This document shows, one piece after another, positions 33,851-45,800 of a DNA stretch of 46,078 bases. The notes beneath the pieces were generated by a model. That model was not told where the DNA came from. It was given only the letters and a program-made list of their open reading frames with translations, and did no database searches. Origin of the DNA: Squalus acanthias (lineage: Eukaryota); the NCBI GenBank assembly GCA_030390025.1, contig JASTWF010000324.1, forward strand, positions 496,001-542,078. The letters run 5' to 3'. The translations under genes were made by a program, and so were the position numbers. Each line of letters starts with the position of its first letter. Within the stretch, counting starts at the first letter, position 1.

Positions 33851-36800
33851 TCTCTCTCAGTCTCTGATTCTCTCTCAGTCTCTCTGATTCTCTCTCAGTC
33901 TCTGATTCTCTCTCAGTCTCTCTGATTCTCTCTCAGTCTCTCTGATTCTCTCTCAGTCTCTGATTCTCTCTCAGTCTCTCTGATTCTCTCTCAGTCTCTC
34001 TGATTCTCTCTCAGTCTCTCTGATTCTCTCTCAGTCTCTCTGATTCTCTCTCAGTCTCTCTGATTCTCTCTCAGTCTCTGATTCTCTCTCAGTCTCTCTG
34101 ATTCTCTCTCAGTCTCTCTGATTCTCTCTCAGTCTCTCTGATTCTCTCTCAGTCTCTGATTCTCTCTCAGTCTCTCTGATTCTCTCTCAGTCTCTCTGAT
34201 TCTCTCTCAGTCTCTCTGATTCTCTCTCAGTCTCTCTGATTCTCTCTCAGTCTCTCTGATTCTCTCTCAGTCTCTGATTCTCTCTCAGTCTCTCTGATTC
34301 TCTCTCAGTCTCTGATTCTCTCTCAGTCTCTCTGATTCTCTCTCAGTCTCTCTGATTCTCTCTCAGTCTCTCTGATTCTCTCTCAGTCTCTCTGATTCTC
34401 TCTCAGTCTCTGATTCTCTCTCAGTCTCTGATTCTCTCTCAGTCTCTCTGATTCTCTCTCAGTCTCTCTGATTCTCTCTCAGTCTCTGATTCTCTCTCAG
34501 TCTCTCTGATTCTCTCTCAGTCTCTCATTCTCTCTCAGTCTCTCTGATTCTCTCTCAGTCTCTGATTCTCTCTCAGTCTCTCTGATTCTCTCTCAGTCTC
34601 TCTGATTCTCTCTCAGTCTCTCTGATTCTCTCTCAGTCTCTCTGATTCTCTCTCAGTCTCTCTGATTCTCTCTCAGTCTCTGATTCTCTCTCAGTCTCTC
34701 TGATTCTCTCTCAGTCTCTCTGATTCTCTCTCAGTCTCTCTGATTCTCTCTCAGTCTCTGATTCTCTCTCAGTCTCTCTGATTCTCTCTCAGTCTCTCTG
34801 ATTCTCTCTCAGTCTCTGATTCTCTCTCAGTCTCTCTGATTCTCTCTCAGTCTCTCTGATTCTCTCTCAGTCTCTCTGATTCTCTCTCAGTCTCTGATTC
34901 TCTCTCAGTCTCTCTGATTCTCTCTCAGTCTCTCTGATTCTCTCTCAGTCTCTCTGATTCTCTCTCAGTCTCTGATTCTCTCTCAGTCTCTGATTCTCTC
35001 TCAGTCTCTCTGATTCTCTCTCAGTCTCTCTGATTCTCTCTCAGTCTCTGATTCTCTCTCAGTCTCTGATTCTCTCTCAGTCTCTCTGATTCTCTCTCAG
35101 TCTCTCTGATTCTCTCTCAGTCTCTCTGATTCTCTCTCAGTCTCTCTGATTCTCTCTCAGTCTCTCTGATTCTCTCTCAGTCTCTCTGATTCTCTCTCAG
35201 TCTCTCTGATTCTCTCTCAGTCTCTCTGATTCTCTCTCAGTCTCTCTGATTCTCTCTCAGTCTCTCTGATTCTCTCTCAGTCTCTCTGATTCTCTCTCAG
35301 TCTCTCTGATTCTCTCTCAGTCTCTGATTCTCTCTCAGTCTCTGATTCTCTCTCAGTCTCTGATTCTCTCTCAGTCTCTCTGATTCTCTCTCAGTCTCTG
35401 ATTCTCTCTCAGTCTCTCTGATTCTCTCTCAGTCTCTCTGATTCTCTCTCAGTCTCTCTGATTCTCTCTCAGTCTCTCTGATTCTCTCTCAGTCTCTGAT
35501 TCTCTCTCAGTCTCTCTGATTCTCTCTCAGTCTCTCTGATTCTCTCTCAGTCTCTCTGATTCTCTCTCAGTCTCTCTGATTCTCTCTCAGTCTCTCTGAT
35601 TCTCTCTCAGTCTCTGATTCTCTCTCAGTCTCTGATTCTCTCTCAGTCTCTCTGATTCTCTCTCAGTCTCTGATTCTCTCTCAGTCTCTGATTCTCTCTC
35701 AGTCTCTGATTCTCTCTCAGTCTCTGATTCTCTCTCAGTCTCTGATTCTCTCTCAGTCTCTCTGATTCTCTCTCAGTCTCTGATTCTCTCTCAGTCTCTC
35801 TGATTCTCTCTCAGTCTCTCTGATTCTCTCTCAGTCTCTCTGATTCTCTCTCAGTCTCTCTGATTCTCTCTCAGTCTCTGATTCTCTCTCAGTCTCTCTG
35901 ATTCTCTCTCAGTCTCTCTGATTCTCTCTCAGTCTCTGATTCTCTCAGTCTCTCTGATTCTCTCTCAGTCTCTGATTCGCTCTCAGTCTCTCTGATTCTC
36001 TCTCAGTCTCTGATTCTCTCTCAGTCTCTCTGATTCTCTCTCAGTCTCTGATTCTCTCTCAGTCTCTCTGATTCTCTCTCAGTCTCTGATTCTCTCTCAG
36101 TCTCTCTGATTCTCTCTCAGTCTCTGATTCTCTCTCAGTCTCTCTGATTCTCTCTCAGTCTCTGATTCTCTCTCAGTCTCTCTGATTCTCTCTCAGTCTC
36201 TCTGATTCTCTCTCAGTCTCTGATTCTCTCTCAGTCTCTGATTCTCTCTCAGTCTCTCTGATTCTCTCTCAGTCTCTCTGATTCTCTCTCAGTCTCTGAT
36301 TCTCTCTCAGTCTCTCTGATTCTCTCTCAGTCTCTGATTCTCTCTCAGTCTCTGATTCTCTCTCAGTCTCTCTGATTCTCTCTCAGTCTCTCTGATTCTC
36401 TCTCAGTCTCTGATTCTCTCTCAGTCTCTGATTCTCTCTCAGTCTCTGATTCTCTCTCAGTCTCTCTGATTCTCTCTCAGTCTCTGATTCTCTCTCAGTC
36501 TCTCTGATTCTCTCTCAGTCTCTGATTCTCTCTCAGTCTCTCTGATTCTCTCTCAGTCTCTGATTCTCTCTCAGTCTCTGATTCTCTCTCAGTCTCTGAT
36601 TCTCTCTCAGTCTCTGATTCTCTCTCAGTCTCTGATTCTCTCTCAGTCTCTCTGATTCTCTCTCAGTCTCTGATTCTCTCTCAGTCTCTCTGATTCTCTC
36701 TCAGTCTCTCTGATTCTCTCTCAGTCTCTGATTCTCTCTCAGTCTCTCTGATTCTCTCTCAGTCTCTCTGATTCTCTCTCAGTCTCTCTGATTCTCTCTC

Positions 36801-39800
36801 AGTCTCTCTGATTCTCTCTCAGTCTCTGATTCTCTCTCAGTCTCTCTGATTCTCTCTCAGTCTCTCTGATTCTCTCTCAGTCTCTGATTCTCTCTCAGTC
36901 TCTCTGATTCTCTCTCAGTCTCTCTGATTCTCTCTCAGTCTCTCTGATTCTCTCTCAGTCTCTCTGATTCTCTCTCAGTCTCTCTGATTCTCTCTCAGTC
37001 TCTGATTCTCTCTCAGTCTCTCTGATTCTCTCTCAGTCTCTGATTCTCTCTCAGTCTCTCTGATTCTCTCTCAGTCTCTCTGATTCTCTCTCAGTCTCTC
37101 TGATTCTCTCTCAGTCTCTCTGATTCTCTCTCAGTCTCTGATTCTCTCTCAGTCTCTCTGATTCTCTCTCAGTCTCTCTGATTCTCTCTCAGTCTCTCTG
37201 ATTCTCTCTCAGTCTCTCTGATTCTCTCTCAGTCTCTCTGATTCTCTCTCAGTCTCTCTGATTCTCTCTCAGTCTCTCTGATTCTCTCTCAGTCTCTGAT
37301 TCTCTCTCAGTCTCTCTGATCTCTCTCAGTCTCTGATTCTCTCTCAGTCTCTCTGATTCTCTCTCAGTCTCTGATTCTCTCTCAGTCTCTCTGATTCTCT
37401 CTCAGTCTCTGATTCTCTCTCAGTCTCTCTGATTCTCTCTCAGTCTCTCTGATTCTCTCTCAGTCTCTGATTCTCTCTCAGTCTCTCTGATTCTCTCTCA
37501 GTCTCTGATTCTCTCTCAGTCTCTCTGATTCTCTCTCAGTCTCTGATTCTCTCTCAGTCTCTCTGATTCTCTCTCAGTCTCTGATTCTCTCTCAGTCTCT
37601 CTGATTCTCTCTCAGTCTCTCTGATTCTCTCTCAGTCTCTCTGATTCTCTCTCAGTCTCTCTGATTCTCTCTCAGTCTCTGATTCTCTCTCAGTCTCTCT
37701 GATTCTCTCTCAGTCTCTGATTCTCTCTCAGTCTCTCTGATTCTCTCTCAGTCTCTCTGATTCTCTCTCAGTCTCTCTGATTCTCTCTCAGTCTCTGATT
37801 CTCTCTCAGTCTCTCTGATTCTCTCTCAGTCTCTCTGATTCTCTCTCAGTCTCTCTGATTCTCTCTCAGTCTCTCTGATTCTCTCTCAGTCTCTCTGATT
37901 CTCTCTCAGTCTCTGATTCTCTCTCAGTCTCTGATTCTCTCTCAGTCTCTGATTCTCTCTCAGTCTCTGATTCTCTCTCAGTCTCTGATTCTCTCTCAGT
38001 CTCTCTGATTCTCTCTCAGTCTCTCTGATTCTCTCTCAGTCTCTGATTCTCTCTCAGTCTCTCTGATTCTCTCTCAGTCTCTCTGATTCTCTCTCAGTCT
38101 CTCTGATTCTCTCTCAGTCTCTCTGATTCTCTCTCAGTCTCTGATTCTCTCTCAGTCTCTCTGATTCTCTCTCAGTCTCTCTGATTCTCTCTCAGTCTCT
38201 CTGATTCTCTCTCAGTCTCTCTGATTCTCTCTCAGTCTCTCTGATTCTCTCTCAGTCTCTCTGATTCTCTCTCAGTCTCTCTGATTCTCTCTCAGTCTCT
38301 CTGATTCTCTCTCAGTCTCTGATTCTCTCTCAGTCTCTCTGATTCTCTCTCAGTCTCTGATTCTCTCTCAGTCTCTCTGATTCTCTCTCAGTCTCTCTGA
38401 TTCTCTCTCAGTCTCTGATTCTCTCTCAGTCTCTCTGATTCTCTCTCAGTCTCTCTGATTCTCTCTCAGTCTCTGATTCTCTCTCAGTCTCTGATTCTCT
38501 CTCAGTCTCTGATTCTCTCTCAGTCTCTCTGATTCTCTCTCAGTCTCTGATTCTCTCTCAGTCTCTCTGATTCTCTCTCAGTCTCTCTGATTCTCTCTCA
38601 GTCTCTCTGATTCTCTCTCAGTCTCTGATTCTCTCTCAGTCTCTCTGATTCTCTCTCAGTCTCTCTGATTCTCTCTCAGTCTCTCTGATTCTCTCTCAGT
38701 CTCTCTGATTCTCTCTCAGTCTCTGATTCTCTCTCAGTCTCTCTGATTCTCTCTCAGTCTCTCTGATTCTCTCTCAGTCTCTGATTCTCTCTCAGTCTCT
38801 CTGATTCTCTCTCAGTCTCTCTGATTCTCTCTCAGTCTCTCTGATTCTCTCTCAGTCTCTCTGATTCTCTCTCAGTCTCTCTGATTCTCTCTCAGTCTCT
38901 CTGATTCTCTCTCAGTCTCTGATTCTCTCTCAGTCTCTCTGATTCTCTCTCAGTCTCTGATTCTCTCTCAGTCTCTCTGATTCTCTCTCAGTCTCTGATT
39001 CTCTCTCAGTCTCTCTGATTCTCTCTCAGTCTCTCTGATTCTCTCTCAGTCTCTCTGATTCTCTCTCAGTCTCTCTGATTCTCTCTCAGTCTCTGATTCT
39101 CTCTCAGTCTCTCTGATTCTCTCTCAGTCTCTCTGATTCTCTCTCAGTCTCTGATTCTCTCTCAGTCTCTCTGATTCTCTCTCAGTCTCTCTGATTCTCT
39201 CTCAGTCTCTCTGATTCTCTCTCAGTCTCTCTGATTCTCTCTCAGTCTCTGATTCTCTCTCAGTCTCTGATTCTCTCTCAGTCTCTCTGATTCTCTCTCA
39301 GTCTCTCTGATTCTCTCTCAGTCTCTGATTCTCTCTCAGTCTCTCTGATTCTCTCTCAGTCTCTCTGATTCTCTCTCAGTCTCTCTGATTCTCTCTCAGT
39401 CTCTGATTCTCTCTCAGTCTCTCTGATTCTCTCTCAGTCTCTCTGATTCTCTCTCAGTCTCTCTGATTCTCTCTCAGTCTCTCTGATTCTCTCTCAGTCT
39501 CTCTGATTCTCTCTCAGTCTCTGATTCTCTCTCAGTCTCTCTGATTCTCTCTCAGTCTCTCTGATTCTCTCTCAGTCTCTCTCTGATTCTCTCTCAGTCT
39601 CTCTGATTCTCTCTCAGTCTCTCTGATTCTCTCTCAGTCTCTCTGATTCTCTCTCAGTCTCTCTGATTCTCTCTCAGTCTCTGATTCTCTCTCAGTCTCT
39701 CTGATTCTCTCTCAGTCTCTGATTCTCTCTCAGTCTCTCTGATTCTCTCTCAGTCTCTGATTCTCTCTCAGTCTCTCTGATTCTCTCTCAGTCTCTGATT

Positions 39801-42800
39801 CTCTCTCAGTCTCTCTGATTCTCTCTCAGTCTCTCTGATTCTCTCTCAGTCTCTGATTCTCTCTCAGTCTCTCTGATTCTCTCTCAGTCTCTGATTCTCT
39901 CTCAGTCTCTCTGATTCTCTCTCAGTCTCTGATTCTCTCTCAGTCTCTCTGATTCTCTCTCAGTCTCTGATTCTCTCTCAGTCTCTCTGATTCTCTCTCA
40001 GTCTCTCTGATTCTCTCTCAGTCTCTCTGATTCTCTCTCAGTCTCTCTGATTCTCTCTCAGTCTCTGATTCTCTCTCAGTCTCTCTGATTCTCTCTCAGT
40101 CTCTGATTCTCTCTCAGTCTCTCTGATTCTCTCTCAGTCTCTGATTCTCTCTCAGTCTCTCTGATTCTCTCTCAGTCTCTCTGATTCTCTCTCAGTCTCT
40201 CTGATTCTCTCTCAGTCTCTCTGATTCTCTCTCAGTCTCTCTGATTCTCTCTCAGTCTCTCTGATTCTCTCTCAGTCTCTCTGATTCTCTCTCAGTCTCT
40301 CTGATTCTCTCTCAGTCTCTCTGATTCTCTCTCAGTCTCTGATTCTCTCTCAGTCTCTGATTCTCTCTCAGTCTCTGATTCTCTCTCAGTCTCTGATTCT
40401 CTCTCAGTCTCTGATTCTCTCTCAGTCTCTCTGATTCTCTCTCAGTCTCTCTGATTCTCTCTCAGTCTCTGATTCTCTCTCAGTCTCTCTGATTCTCTCT
40501 CAGTCTCTCTGATTCTCTCTCAGTCTCTCTGATTCTCTCTCAGTCTCTCTGATTCTCTCTCAGTCTCTGATTCTCTCTCAGTCTCTCTGATTCTCTCTCA
40601 GTCTCTCTGATTCTCTCTCAGTCTCTCTGATTCTCTCTCAGTCTCTCTGATTCTCTCTCAGTCTCTGATTCTCTCTCAGTCTCTCTGATTCTCTCTCAGT
40701 CTCTCTGATTCTCTCTCAGTCTCTCTGATTCTCTCTCAGTCTCTCTGATTCTCTCAGTCTCTCTGATTCTCTCTCAGTCTCTGATTCTCTCTCAGTCTCT
40801 CTGATTCTCTCTCAGTCTCTGATTCTCTCTCAGTCTCTCTGATTCTCTCTCAGTCTCTCTGATTCTCTCTCAGTCTCTCTGATTCTCTCTCAGTCTCTGA
40901 TTCTCTCTCAGTCTCTGATTCTCTCTCAGTCTCTGATTCTCTCTCAGTCTCTCTGATTCTCTCTCAGTCTCTGATTCTCTCTCAGTCTCTCTGATTCTCT
41001 CTCAGTCTCTCTGATTCTCTCTCAGTCTCTCTGATTCTCTCTCAGTCTCTGATTCTCTCTCAGTCTCTCTGATTCTCTCTCAGTCTCTCTGATTCTCTCT
41101 CAGTCTCTCTGATTCTCTCTCAGTCTCTCTGATTCTCTCTCAGTCTCTGATTCTCTCTCAGTCTCTCTGATTCTCTCTCAGTCTCTCTGATTCTCTCTCA
41201 GTCTCTGATTCTCTCTCAGTCTCTCTGATTCTCTCTCAGTCTCTCTGATTCTCTCTCAGTCTCTCTGATTCTCTCTCAGTCTCTGATTCTCTCTCAGTCT
41301 CTCTGATTCTCTCTCAGTCTCTGATTCTCTCTCAGTCTCTCTGATTCTCTCTCAGTCTCTCTGATTCTCTCTCAGTCTCTGATTCTCTCTCAGTCTCTCT
41401 GATTCTCTCTCAGTCTCTCTGATTCTCTCTCAGTCTCTCTGATTCTCTCTCAGTTTCTCTGATACTCTCAGTCTCTCTGATTCTCTCTCAGTCTCTGATT
41501 CTCTCTCAGTCTCTCTGATTCTCTCTCAGTCTCTCTGATTCTCTCTCAGTCTCTGATTCTCTCTCAGTCTCTCTGATTCTCTCTCAGTCTCTCTGATTCT
41601 CTCTCAGTCTCTGATTCTCTCTCAGTCTCTGATTCTCTCTCAGTCTCTGATTCTCTCTCAGTCTCTCTGATTCTCTCTCAGTCTCTGATTCTCTCTCAGT
41701 CTCTCTGATTCTCTCTCAGTCTCTCTGATTCTCTCTCAGTCTCTCTGATTCTCTCTCAGTCTCTGATTCTCTCTCAGTCTCTCTGATTCTCTCTCAGTCT
41801 CTCTGATTCTCTCTCAGTCTCTCTGATTCTCTCTCAGTCTCTCTGATTCTCTCTCAGTCTCTGATTCTCTCTCAGTCTCTCTGATTCTCTCTCAGTCTCT
41901 CTGATTCTCTCTCAGTCTCTGATTCTCTCTCAGTCTCTCTGATTCTCTCTCAGTCTCTCTGATTCTCTCTCAGTCTCTCTGATTCTCTCTCAGTCTCTCT
42001 GATTCTCTCTCAGTCTCTCTGATTCTCTCTCAGTCTCTCTGATTCTCTCTCAGTCTCTGATTCTCTCTCAGTCTCTCTGATTCTCTCTCAGTCTCTCTGA
42101 TTCTCTCTCAGTCTCTCTGATTCTCTCTCAGTCTCTGATTCTCTCTCAGTCTCTCTGATTCTCTCTCAGTCTCTCTGATTCTCTCTCAGTCTCTCTGATT
42201 CTCTCTCAGTCTCTCTGATTCTCTCTCAGTCTCTGATTCTCTCTCAGTCTCTGATTCTCTCTCAGTCTCTGATTCTCTCTCAGTCTCTGATTCTCTCTCA
42301 GTCTCTCTGATTCTCTCTCAGTCTCTCTGATTCTCTCTCAGTCTCTCTGATTCTCTCTCAGTCTCTCTGATTCTCTCTCAGTCTCTGATTCTCTCTCAGT
42401 CTCTGATTCTCTCTCAGTCTCTCTGATTCTCTCTCAGTCTCTCTGATTCTCTCTCAGTCTCTGATTCTCTCTCAGTCTCTCTGATTCTCTCTCAGTCTCT
42501 CTGATTCTCTCTCAGTCTCTCTGATTCTCTCTCAGTCTCTGATTCTCTCTCAGTCTCTCTGATTCTCTCTCAGTCTCTCTGATTCTCTCTCAGTCTCTCT
42601 GATTCTCTCTCAGTCTCTCTGATTCTCTCTCAGTCTCTCTGATTCTCTCTCAGTCTCTGATTCTCTCTCAGTCTCTCTGATTCTCTCTCAGTCTCTCTGA
42701 TTCTCTCTCAGTCTCTTGATTCTCTCTCAGTCTCTCTGATTCTCTCTCAGTCTCTCTGATTCTCTCTCAGTCTCTCTGATTCTCTCTCAGTCTCTCTGAT

Positions 42801-45800
42801 TCTCTCTCAGTCTCTGATTCTCTCTCAGTCTCTCTGATTCTCTCTCAGTCTCTGATTCTCTCTCAGTCTCTCTGATTCTCAGTCTCTGATTCTCTCTCAG
42901 TCTCTCTGATTCTCTCTCAGTCTCTGATTCTCTCTCAGTCTCTCTGATTCTCTCTCAGTCTCTCTGATTCTCTCTCAGTCTCTGATTCTCTCTCAGTCTC
43001 TCTGATTCTCTCTCAGTCTCTGATTCTCTCTCAGTCTCTCTGATTCTCTCTCAGTCTCTGATTCTCTCTCAGTCTCTCTGATTCTCTCTCAGTCTCTGAT
43101 TCTCTCTCAGTCTCTCTGATTCTCTCTCAGTCTCTCTGATTCTCTCTCAGTCTCTCTGATTCTCTCTCAGTCTCTCTGATTCTCTCTCAGTCTCTGATTC
43201 TCTCTCAGTCTCTCTGATTCTCTCTCAGTCTCTGATTCTCTCTCAGTCTCTCTGATTCTCTCTCAGTCTCTGATTCTCTCTCAGTCTCTCTGATTCTCTC
43301 TCAGTCTCTCTGATTCTCTCTCAGTCTCTCTGATTCTCTCTCAGTCTCTGATTCTCTCTCAGTCTCTCTGATTCTCTCTCAGTCTCTCTGATTCTCTCTC
43401 AGTCTCTCTGATTCTCTCTCAGTCTCTCTGATTCTCTCTCAGTCTCTCTGATTCTCTCTCAGTCTCTGATTCTCTCTCAGTCTCTCTGATTCTCTCTCAG
43501 TCTCTGATTCTCTCTCAGTCTCTGATTCTCTCTCAGTCTCTGATTCTCTCTCAGTCTCTCTGATTCTCTCTCAGTCTCTCTGATTCTCTCTCAGTCTCTG
43601 ATTCTCTCTCAGTCTCTCTGATTCTCTCTCAGTCTCTCTGATTCTCTCTCAGTCTCTCTGATTCTCTCTCAGTCTCTCTGATTCTCTCTCAGTCTCTGAT
43701 TCTCTCTCAGTCTCTCTGATTCTCTCTCAGTCTCTGATTCTCTCTCAGTCTCTCTGATTCTCTCTCAGTCTCTCTGATTCTCTCTCAGTCTCTGATTCTC
43801 TCTCAGTCTCTCTGATTCTCTCTCAGTCTCTCTGATTCTCTCTCAGTCTCTCTGATTCTCTCTCAGTCTCTCTGATCTCTCTCTCTCTGATTCTCTCTCA
43901 GTCTCTGATTCTCTCTCAGTCTCTCTGATTCTCTCTCAGTCTCTCTGATTCTCTCTCAGTCTCTGATTCTCTCTCAGTCTCTCTGATTCTCTCTCAGTCT
44001 CTCTGATTCTCTCTCAGTCTCTGATTCTCTCTCAGTCTCTGATTCTCTCTCAGTCTCTGATTCTCTCTCAGTCTCTCTGATTCTCTCTCAGTCTCTGATT
44101 CTCTCTCAGTCTCTCTGATTCTCTCTCAGTCTCTCTGATTCTCTCTCAGTCTCTCTGATTCTCTCTCAGTCTCTGATTCTCTCTCAGTCTCTCTGATTCT
44201 CTCTCAGTCTCTCTGATTCTCTCTCAGTCTCTCTGATTCTCTCTCAGTCTCTCTGATTCTCTCTCAGTCTCTGATTCTCTCTCAGTCTCTCTGATTCTCT
44301 CTCAGTCTCTCTGATTCTCTCTCAGTCTCTGATTCTCTCTCAGTCTCTCTGATTCTCTCTCAGTCTCTCTGATTCTCTCTCAGTCTCTGATTCTCTCTCA
44401 GTCTCTCTGATTCTCTCTCAGTCTCTCTGATTCTCTCTCAGTCTCTCTGATTCTCTCTCAGTCTCTGATTCTCTCTCAGTCTCTCTGATTCTCTCTCAGT
44501 CTCTCTGATTCTCTCTCAGTCTCTCTGATTCTCTCTCAGTCTCTGATTCTCTCTCAGTCTCTCTGATTCTCTCTCAGTCTCTCTGATTCTCTCTCAGTCT
44601 CTGATTCTCTCTCAGTCTCTCTGATTCTCTCTCAGTCTCTGATTCTCTCTCAGTCTCTGATTCTCTCTCAGTCTCTCTGATTCTCTCTCAGTCTCTGATT
44701 CTCTCTCAGTCTCTCTGATTCTCTCTCAGTCTCTCTGATTCTCTCTCAGTCTCTCTGATTCTCTCTCAGTCTCTGATTCTCTCTCAGTCTCTGATTCTCT
44801 CTCAGTCTCTGATTCTCTCTCAGTCTCTCTGATTCTCTCTCAGTCTCTCTGATTCTCTCTCAGTCTCTGATTCTCTCTCAGTCTCTCTGATTCTCTCTCA
44901 GTCTCTGATTCTCTCTCAGTCTCTCTGATTCTCTCTCAGTCTCTGATTCTCTCTCAGTCTCTCTGATTCTCTCTCAGTCTCTCTGATTCTCTCTCAGTCT
45001 CTTGATTCTCTCTCAGTCTCTCTGATTCTCTCTCAGTCTCTCTGATTCTCTCTCAGTCTCTGATTCTCTCTCAGTCTCTCTGATTCTCTCTCAGTCTCTC
45101 TGATTCTCTCTCAGTCTCTCTGATTCTCTCTCAGTCTCTGATTCTCTCTCAGTCTCTCTGATTCTCTCTCAGTCTCTCTGATTCTCTCTCAGTCTCTGAT
45201 TCTCTCTCAGTCTCTTGATTCTCTCTCAGTCTCTCTGATTCTCTCTCAGTCTCTCTGATTCTCTCTCAGTCTCTGATTCTCTCTCAGTCTCTCTGATTCT
45301 CTCTCAGTCTCTGATTCTCTCTCAGTCTCTCTGATTCTCTCTCAGTCTCTGATTCTCTCTCAGTCTCTGATTCTCTCTCAGTCTCTCTGATTCTCTCTCA
45401 GTCTCTCTGATTCTCTCTCAGTCTCTTGATTTCTCTCAGTCTCTGATTCTCTCTCAGTCTCTCTGATTCTCTCTCAGTCTCTCTGATCTCTCTCAGTCTC
45501 TGATTCTCTCTCAGTCTCTTGATTCTCTCTCAGTCTCTCTGATTCTCTCTCAGTCTCTCTGATTCTCTCTCAGTCTCTCTGATTCTCTCTCAGTCTCTCT
45601 GATTCTCTCTCAGTCTCTCTGATTCTCTCTCAGTCTCTCTGATTCTCTCTCAGTCTCTCTGATTCTCTCTCAGTCTCTCTGATTCTCTCTCAGTCTCTCT
45701 GATTCTCTCTCAGTCTCTGATTCTCTCTCAGTCTCTCTGATTCTCTCTCAGTCTCTGATTCTCTCTCAGTCTCTGATTCTCTCTCAGTCTCTGATTCTCT

